Shown: piece after piece, positions 56,154 through 64,000 of the stretch
Position numbering within the stretch: the first letter of the stretch is position 1
Layout of the letters: every line of letters starts with the position of its first letter
Assembly (NCBI GenBank): GCA_965198005.1
Contig: CBDAOI010000004.1
Location: forward strand, 192,001-256,000
From: Spirochaetia bacterium
GTDB taxonomy: Bacteria > Spirochaetota > Spirochaetia > SZUA-6 > Bin103
DNA: 64,000 nt
Direction of reading: 5' to 3'
The notes under the pieces: generated by a model
Databases searched by the model: none
What the model was told of the DNA's origin: nothing
Seen by the model: only the letters and a program-made list of their open reading frames with translations
Made by a program: the position numbers and the translations under genes

Positions 56154-56158
56154 GGCCC

Positions 56159-57109
56159 ATGCACGTAGCTGAGTGGCTTGGAAGGGTCGAGGTGGACTAT
56201 CTCGCTACGTTCATCGAGCAAGGCGGGGCAGCGGTCAAGTTCGTCGTGGGTGACGGCCGGCTGCGATCAGAGGTCTGTTCCGGACTCACTACCGTCGCAG
56301 AGGAGCGCGGGTACTTGGTGCTGAGCGTGAATGCTGCTGAGCATCGGTTCCACATGCCACAGGACATTTTTTTTGCGCTTGCGGCTCAGGTTGACTGGCG
56401 GCTGGCGGCGCGTCGCTTCCTCCTCCAGTTGGCGCAAAGCGAAGGCTACCGAATCGATGGTGTGGAAGCGGCCCAAGAGGACGTGCTGCAGGCCGTTGCC
56501 GAGCGCAACGACGTGTCCAAGGCGTACCTCTTCACGAATCTGAATCCGCGGCTGCAGCGCCAAGTCTTCTTTGACGTGAACATGGCCAAGGATTTCCGCG
56601 TAGCCATGTCCCACTTGTGCGTGTTTGAACGCGCTCCTGACGTACCGTACCCGGGGCAGCCGATCGTCGACTGGCTTACCGGCGCCAACACGCGCATTTC
56701 AAACGTCAAGCCGTTTTCAATCTACAATCCGATAAATCGCACCACGGCACGCCACCTGCTGCGATCCGCCTGCTACTGGTTCCACAAGGCCGGCTATCCG
56801 GGGACGGTGCTGGTGCTCGACAACGCCCGAGTTACAGAACGGAAACGGCCGGCTGATGGATCGCGGTACTACACCAGAGCCATGACCATGGACCACTACG
56901 AGATACTGCGCGAATTCATCGACGGCGCGGACCGGCTGGTCGCAACCTTGCTCGTATCCTGCTCGGACGGTGCGTTTCTGGATCAGGAAGCCGATCGGCA
57001 GTCACGCGGAGTAGGCATTTACCCAGCCTTGCAGACCAGGATCATCGATGATGTGCGCGACAAACGGATGGAGAATCCATCAGCGGCGCTATGCCGGTTG
57101 ACGATTTAG
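56159..57109 (+). CDS. BrxD/DUF2791-like ATPase paralogue with degenerate Walker motifs
   Basis: AAVKFVVGDGRLRS at the Walker A position; GYPGTVLVLDN at Walker B; YEILREFID; YPALQTRI. Confidence 0.65.
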   Translation: MHVAEWLGRVEVDYLATFIEQGGAAVKFVVGDGRLRSEVCSGLTTVAEERGYLVLSVNAAEHRFHMPQDIFFALAAQVDWRLAARRFLLQLAQSEGYRIDGVEAAQEDVLQAVAERNDVSKAYLFTNLNPRLQRQVFFDVNMAKDFRVAMSHLCVFERAPDVPYPGQPIVDWLTGANTRISNVKPFSIYNPINRTTARHLLRSACYWFHKAGYPGTVLVLDNARVTERKRPADGSRYYTRAMTMDHYEILREFIDGADRLVATLLVSCSDGAFLDQEADRQSRGVGIYPALQTRIIDDVRDKRMENPSAALCRLTI

Positions 57110-57118
57110 GAACAGAGC

Positions 57119-58366
57119 ATGGAAGACCTTCCTGAACAGCTTGCATGTCGTCGCGCCATAGAGGCGTTGCGCAACGGCGTTCCCAATCGGGAGGCGGTGC
57201 GCATTCTCGGGAGCACGCAGCCGCAGGCGGAGCAGCAGTTCCAGGCACGCTTAAGCCAGGGAGGAGCAGACAATCTGGGCGGCATGCTGATCTCCGGTGA
57301 CTTCGGCACCGGCAAGTCGCATCTGCTGGAGCATTTTGAGCACCTCGCGCTGGACCGAAACTTCGTCTGCAGTCGGGTTGCCGTAAGCAAAGAGACGCCG
57401 TTCTACGACTTGGCAAAGATGTTTCGCGCGGCGGCCGACAACGGTGCTCTCCCCGACGGCAGAGTGGGCGCCATGGTCGACGAGATCGGGACCCGGCTGG
57501 CGGGTCCCAAAGACGAACGTTACGCTCGGTTCTTCAGGTGGGCGGATGCTTCCGACAATGGGCTGCACCGCATCTTCCCTGCTACGCTGATGGTGCACGA
57601 ACGGCTGCCGGACCAGGAGGCACTCAACGCGATCAGGTGGTTCTGGTCCGGTGACAGGGTGGCCGTGGGTGACATAAAGCGAGGCCTCCGTCAGATCGGC
57701 CAACAAGGCGCCTACACGTTCCGCGCTCCGAAGCTCCGCGAACTGCCACCGCAACGTCTACGCTTCGTACTGGAGATGATCAAGACGGCCGGCTATCGTG
57801 GCTGGGTGGTGCTCATTGACGAGTTGGAGCTGATCGGCAGCTACAGCCTGCTGCAGCGTGCGCGATCGTACGCGGAACTGGCCCGTTGGATGGGCGCGGC
57901 GGACGACGACTCGTATCCCGGGCTGGTGGTCGTGGCGGCCATCACGGAGGACTTCGTCGAGGCGATCCTGGAGAAGAAGGGAGACCGCCTCAAGGTACCA
58001 GCGCGGCTGCGTGAGCGTGATGAAGCACGCATGGCGCGGCAGGCAGAACTCGGTATGCAATGGCTCACCTCACGTCGCGCAAGGCTGAGCGAGGTGACCG
58101 ACGACGCGGTGGAAGCCGCGGTCGAGCACATCAGACGCATCTACAGCCGGGCATACGACTGGGCTCCACCAGCCGGTACGGCTGCCATTGGCGGTGCCGG
58201 CCACCAGAAGCGGATGCGGTACAAAGTACGCGCTGCTATCACCACGTGGGATCTGCAGCGGTTGCGCCCGGACTCTGACCCCGATGTGGAGACCGAGGAG
58301 TACCACCTGACGTACCGCGAGGATCACGACCTTGAAGTCGAGGCCCCGGAAGACTCGACGACCTGA
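57119..58366 (+). CDS. BrxD/DUF2791-like P-loop ATPase
   Basis: AIEALRNGVP; GDFGTGKSH (Walker A); GYRGWVVLIDELE (Walker B); RARSYAEL. Confidence 0.82.
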   Translation: MEDLPEQLACRRAIEALRNGVPNREAVRILGSTQPQAEQQFQARLSQGGADNLGGMLISGDFGTGKSHLLEHFEHLALDRNFVCSRVAVSKETPFYDLAKMFRAAADNGALPDGRVGAMVDEIGTRLAGPKDERYARFFRWADASDNGLHRIFPATLMVHERLPDQEALNAIRWFWSGDRVAVGDIKRGLRQIGQQGAYTFRAPKLRELPPQRLRFVLEMIKTAGYRGWVVLIDELELIGSYSLLQRARSYAELARWMGAADDDSYPGLVVVAAITEDFVEAILEKKGDRLKVPARLRERDEARMARQAELGMQWLTSRRARLSEVTDDAVEAAVEHIRRIYSRAYDWAPPAGTAAIGGAGHQKRMRYKVRAAITTWDLQRLRPDSDPDVETEEYHLTYREDHDLEVEAPEDSTT

Positions 58367-58406
58367 TGTGTCGGCGTGCGCCATGATGGGGAAGACAACA
58401 CGTTAA

Positions 58407-59003
58407 CTGGGCACTCTGAGGCCGTTCAGCGACATCGCAGGGCGCCATGTCTTACGGCTAAACAATACTCCTCAGCAGCGTCAGCAGCTTGCGCAGCGAT
58501 TGCAGGCCGCTGGTTGTCCGGTGAAACTGGACGGAACTGACTGGCAGACTCAGGGTGACTTTGATGCAGCTCTCAAGTTGGCGCAAGTGTCGCGTGATTC
58601 AGCAGTGACAGTCGAAGATCCGCAACTCACTACAGAGGCAAAACACGTACTTAGCGAAGCGGCACTGGATGCTGATCGGATGATACACAAGATCAGGACC
58701 CTCGGTGGCATGGAAATCAGGACCCATGGCACGACATTCGGAACAATGGGTGACCCTGAGTCGGAAGCAAACTGGGAAGGAGCTCTTGGTGAGCTGGTGG
58801 AGCGGGGACTTGCCAAAGACAAGAATAACAAGGACACAGTTTTCCTGGTGACCCGTGAAGGTTTTCGAGTTGCGCGGCAACTGTCGAATGGTGCGTCACA
58901 ACGAGCCTACTCAACCCCTTCCGACTATCCGGACATGGAGCGTTTGAGCCACGCAATCGTGCAGTTCCTCGGGCTGCGAAAGACCACGGTCGCCACCGTG
59001 TAG
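58407..59003 (+). pseudogene. 5'-truncated TIR-like nucleotide-binding protein with C-terminal wHTH-like domain
   Basis: Open frame after TAA: LRPFSDIAGRHVLRLNNTPQQRQQLAQRLQAAGCPV..GTDW; later WEGALGELVERGL...FLVTREGF. Confidence 0.55.
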
Positions 59004-59083
59004 GCGGGAGCCGGGTGTGCCATGCGTAAACGCTCGCTGTCTTGATTCTGACCACTGGTGCCGGTGGCTGATTCCACTGTTCA

Positions 59084-59557
59084 TCAGCGGCGGGTGTCGC
59101 CCGAGCGGGCGCTCTGCGCGGCCTGAATGTCCGGGGGCCAGTGGCTCTTGATGTATGCAAGCACGGCCCATACGTCGCCGTCGTCCAGTACGTCCTCGTA
59201 TACCGGCATGGCACTCTTGAAGCCTGGGCCGGCCACGGAGGCAGAGCCGAACTTGGTGATCCGGAACAGGATCTGATCGGAATGGTGCCAAGTGTGGCCG
59301 GTTACGTCGTGGGGCGGCGCCGGCAGGGTACCGTCGGGCTTCATCTGCCGCCAGTTCGGCTGCCCTTCGAGACGCAGGCCGTGACAGGATGCGCAGTTCT
59401 CCTGGTAGACGATCCGGCCGCGCGCCACCAGCTTCGCGTCGCTGGCGTCGGCTTGGTCGGGTTCGTCGTTCTGGCGTACGACGTAGCCCGCCGCGGCGAG
59501 GATCGCGGCCGCCGTCAAAGCGGTAACGGTGATGATGGTGAGGACGCGTCTGCTCAT
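59084..59557 (-). CDS. Monoheme cytochrome c
   Basis: N-terminal TM; CASCHG; PAPPHD.TGHTWHH; MP. Confidence 0.88.
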   Translation of the reverse strand: MSRRVLTIITVTALTAAAILAAAGYVVRQNDEPDQADASDAKLVARGRIVYQENCASCHGLRLEGQPNWRQMKPDGTLPAPPHDVTGHTWHHSDQILFRITKFGSASVAGPGFKSAMPVYEDVLDDGDVWAVLAYIKSHWPPDIQAAQSARSGDTRR

Positions 59558-59584
59558 GCGACTCGGCAAGGGGCAATGGACCTC

Positions 59585-59605
59585 ACCCCCCTGGGGTATT
59601 ATACT
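59585..59605. promoter_or_regulatory. CsoR-type operator overlapping a -10 element
   Basis: ACCCCCCTGGGGTA C/G-tract pseudo-palindrome followed by TATACT, between divergent genes. Confidence 0.75.
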
Positions 59606-59635
59606 GGTTTTGTGCCCTTGCAGGAAATGGCAGGA

Positions 59636-59947
59636 ATGACGGCCGACCGCAGCGATGACACCGCCACCCGCCGCGGCCCCCATCCGGTCGACGAAGCCGC
59701 GTTGCGCCGGTTGCGCAGTATCGAGGGGCAAGTCTCCGGGATTCGCCGTATGATCGAGGAAGAGCGCTACTGTACCGACATCCTGACTCAGGTGTCCGCC
59801 GTGCGTGCCGCCCTCAACTCCCTCGGGTTGACCGTGCTCAAACGCCATCTCGACCACTGCGTGGCTGACGCCGCCCGCAGCAACGACCGGGAATTGCCGC
59901 AGGTGGTAGACGAGCTGATGGCGGTGCTGGCGCGGACCAGCTTCTGA
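59636..59947 (+). CDS. csoR: CsoR/RcnR-family metal-sensing repressor
   Basis: [12 protein letters not shown]...YCTDILTQ...HLDHCV. Confidence 0.9.
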   Translation: MTADRSDDTATRRGPHPVDEAALRRLRSIEGQVSGIRRMIEEERYCTDILTQVSAVRAALNSLGLTVLKRHLDHCVADAARSNDRELPQVVDELMAVLARTSF

Positions 59948-59949
59948 CC

Positions 59950-62193
<2,244 letters not shown>

Positions 62194-62281
62194 GGCAGCG
62201 GGCAAACAGCATAAGCTCCAGTTGCATCAAGTGGGGCCTCACGTCGGCCAGATCGGGTGTGTACTCGTCCTTCAGGGAGCG

Positions 62282-64000
62282 CTAGCCCGTGTTGCGCAGG
62301 CCGGCGGCGAGGCCGTTGACGGTGAGCAGGATCGCCCGCTCGAGGCGCGGGTCCACCTCGGCGGCGCTGCGGTGGCGCTCGAGCAGGACGATCTGCAGCA
62401 GGTGGAGCGGCTCCAGGTAGGCCGAGCGCACGTCCAGGGTGCGCTTGAGCACGGGGTAGTCGGCCAGCAGCGCGGGCTTGCCGGTGGTGGCCAGCACCTG
62501 CTCTACCGAGCGCTGGTGCTCGGCGGCGATCAGCTCGAAGATCTGCCGGTGGGCGGCCGGCACCAGGGCGTCCACGTAGCGTTTGGCGGTGACCAGATCG
62601 GTCTTGGCCAGGGTCATCTCCACGTTGGAGACGAACATGCGGAAGAACGGCCAGCGCTCGTACATCTCGGTCAGGCAGTCCACCCCCGCCGCGCGCGCCG
62701 CCGTCAGGCCGCTGCCCACTCCGTACCAGCCGGGCACCACCTGCCGGGTCTGGGTCCAGCCGAACACCCACGGGATGGCGCGCATGCCGTCGATGCCGGC
62801 GCCGGTGCCGGGCCGGCGCGACGGGCGCGAGCCGATCTTGAGCGACGCCAGCTCCTCCACCGGGGTGGCGGTCAGGAAGTAGGGTACCAGGGAGGGATGA
62901 TCGACCAAGCCCCGATAGGCGGCATAGGCGGCCCGCGAGGCGATCGCCATGGCGGAGTTCCAGCGCTCCAGGTCCGCCGCCGGCCGTTCGGCGCTGCGGT
63001 GCAGCACGGTCGCCTCGATCGAGGCCGCCAGGGTCAGCTCCAGGTTGTCGCGCGCCAGCCGCGGCAGGCCGTACTTGTCGGCCACCACCTCGCCCTGCTC
63101 GGTGATCTTGATGGTGCCGTCCACGGTGCCCCAGGGCTGAGCCAGAATCGCCTCGGCGGTGGGGCCGCCGCCGCGCCCGACGGTGCCGCCGCGGCCGTGG
63201 AAGAAGCGCAACCGCACGCCGCATTCGGCCGCCACCTCGCGCAGGCGGCGTGCGCACCGGTGCAGCCCCCACTGCGCGGTGGTGATGCCGCCCAGCTTGT
63301 TGGAGTCGGAGTAGCCGAGCATCACCTCCTGCGGGCCGCCGCGCAGCCGCAGCAGCTCGCGGTAGGCCGGCGTGCGCAGCAGCGTGCCGAGAGTGGCGTC
63401 TGCCTGCCGGATCGAATCGGGGGTCTCGAACAGCGGCACGAATCCGATCGCGACCTGTCCCGCCGCCAAGTCCACCAGGCCGGCTTCGCGCGCCAGCACC
63501 ACCGCGGCGAGCACGTCGTCGGCGCCGAGGGTCTCGGAGATGACGTAGCTCTCGATGGCGCGCGCCCCGAACCGGTCCAACGCGGCGCGGACCACCTGCA
63601 TCGTGGCCAGCGTCACGCCCGCCTCGTCGGGCAGCCGGGTGGCCGGGGTGCCGATGGGGCGCCGGTGCGCCAGCTCGGTGGCGAGCAGCTCGAACCGCTC
63701 CGCGGGGGAGAGCGCCGCGTAGTCGGGCGCGTCGGGCAGGCGGCGGTACAGCGCGGCCAGGGTGGCGTGGTGCTTCTCGGCGTGTTCGCGGACGTCGAGC
63801 GTCGCCAGGTGGAAGCCGAAGGCGGCCGCCCGGCGCAGCAGGCGGCGCACCGGCCCGTCCGCGATCACCCCACCGCGGTGGGCGCGTAGCGAGCGCTGCA
63901 GCAGTTCCAACTCCGCCACCAGCTCGTCGGCGGTCAGGTAGTCGTGGCGCGGCACGTGGCGCGCGTGCTCGGCGATCCGGCGGCGCGTGTTCTCCAGCCG
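62282..64000 (-). CDS. ppc: Phosphoenolpyruvate carboxylase, 5' part beyond the window
   Basis: QEVMLGYSDSNK, FHGRGGTVGRGG, ITEQGE, RAIPWVF, AAGLRNTG. Confidence 0.96.
   Translation of the reverse strand, partial: RLENTRRRIAEHARHVPRHDYLTADELVAELELLQRSLRAHRGGVIADGPVRRLLRRAAAFGFHLATLDVREHAEKHHATLAALYRRLPDAPDYAALSPAERFELLATELAHRRPIGTPATRLPDEAGVTLATMQVVRAALDRFGARAIESYVISETLGADDVLAAVVLAREAGLVDLAAGQVAIGFVPLFETPDSIRQADATLGTLLRTPAYRELLRLRGGPQEVMLGYSDSNKLGGITTAQWGLHRCARRLREVAAECGVRLRFFHGRGGTVGRGGGPTAEAILAQPWGTVDGTIKITEQGEVVADKYGLPRLARDNLELTLAASIEATVLHRSAERPAADLERWNSAMAIASRAAYAAYRGLVDHPSLVPYFLTATPVEELASLKIGSRPSRRPGTGAGIDGMRAIPWVFGWTQTRQVVPGWYGVGSGLTAARAAGVDCLTEMYERWPFFRMFVSNVEMTLAKTDLVTAKRYVDALVPAAHRQIFELIAAEHQRSVEQVLATTGKPALLADYPVLKRTLDVRSAYLEPLHLLQIVLLERHRSAAEVDPRLERAILLTVNGLAAGLRNTG

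Noticed and set aside
55365-58366. Calling this a BREX system
   Set aside because: No pglX, pglZ, brxC or helicase nearby

Overview
High-GC bacterial chromosome window. The family-5 solute-binding proteins have spirochaete-style leaders, and the density of TA modules and remnants fits a host-associated Spirochaetota-like genome (inference only). Positions 1-16 kb hold a hyper-duplicated, partly decayed array of Opp/Dpp-type ABC transporter genes, interleaved with scrambled toxin-antitoxin, Uma2 and other gene fragments. Positions 16-31 kb carry housekeeping genes (PhoR/PhoB-like pair, GT2, htpG, trpS, purM, stand-alone IMP cyclohydrolase, folC), interrupted by a decayed defence islet (HigA-ImmA, DNA MTase, truncated partners). 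A Bd0055-like bacterial histone gene lies at 31330-31512. It is followed by a scrambled partial copy of sdhBA, a lower-GC islet, intact sdhCAB, a second orphan MTase, and Fe-S/ferredoxin genes. A Rieske/split cytochrome b/octaheme cytochrome c complex runs directly into an intact three-gene module with two BrxD/DUF2791-like ATPase paralogues and no other BREX gene; this is the best candidate for an undescribed system. The window ends with a CsoR-CopA copper locus and ppc. No rRNA, tRNA, CRISPR array or intact transposase was recognised. All family assignments come from motif recognition by eye, not database searches.
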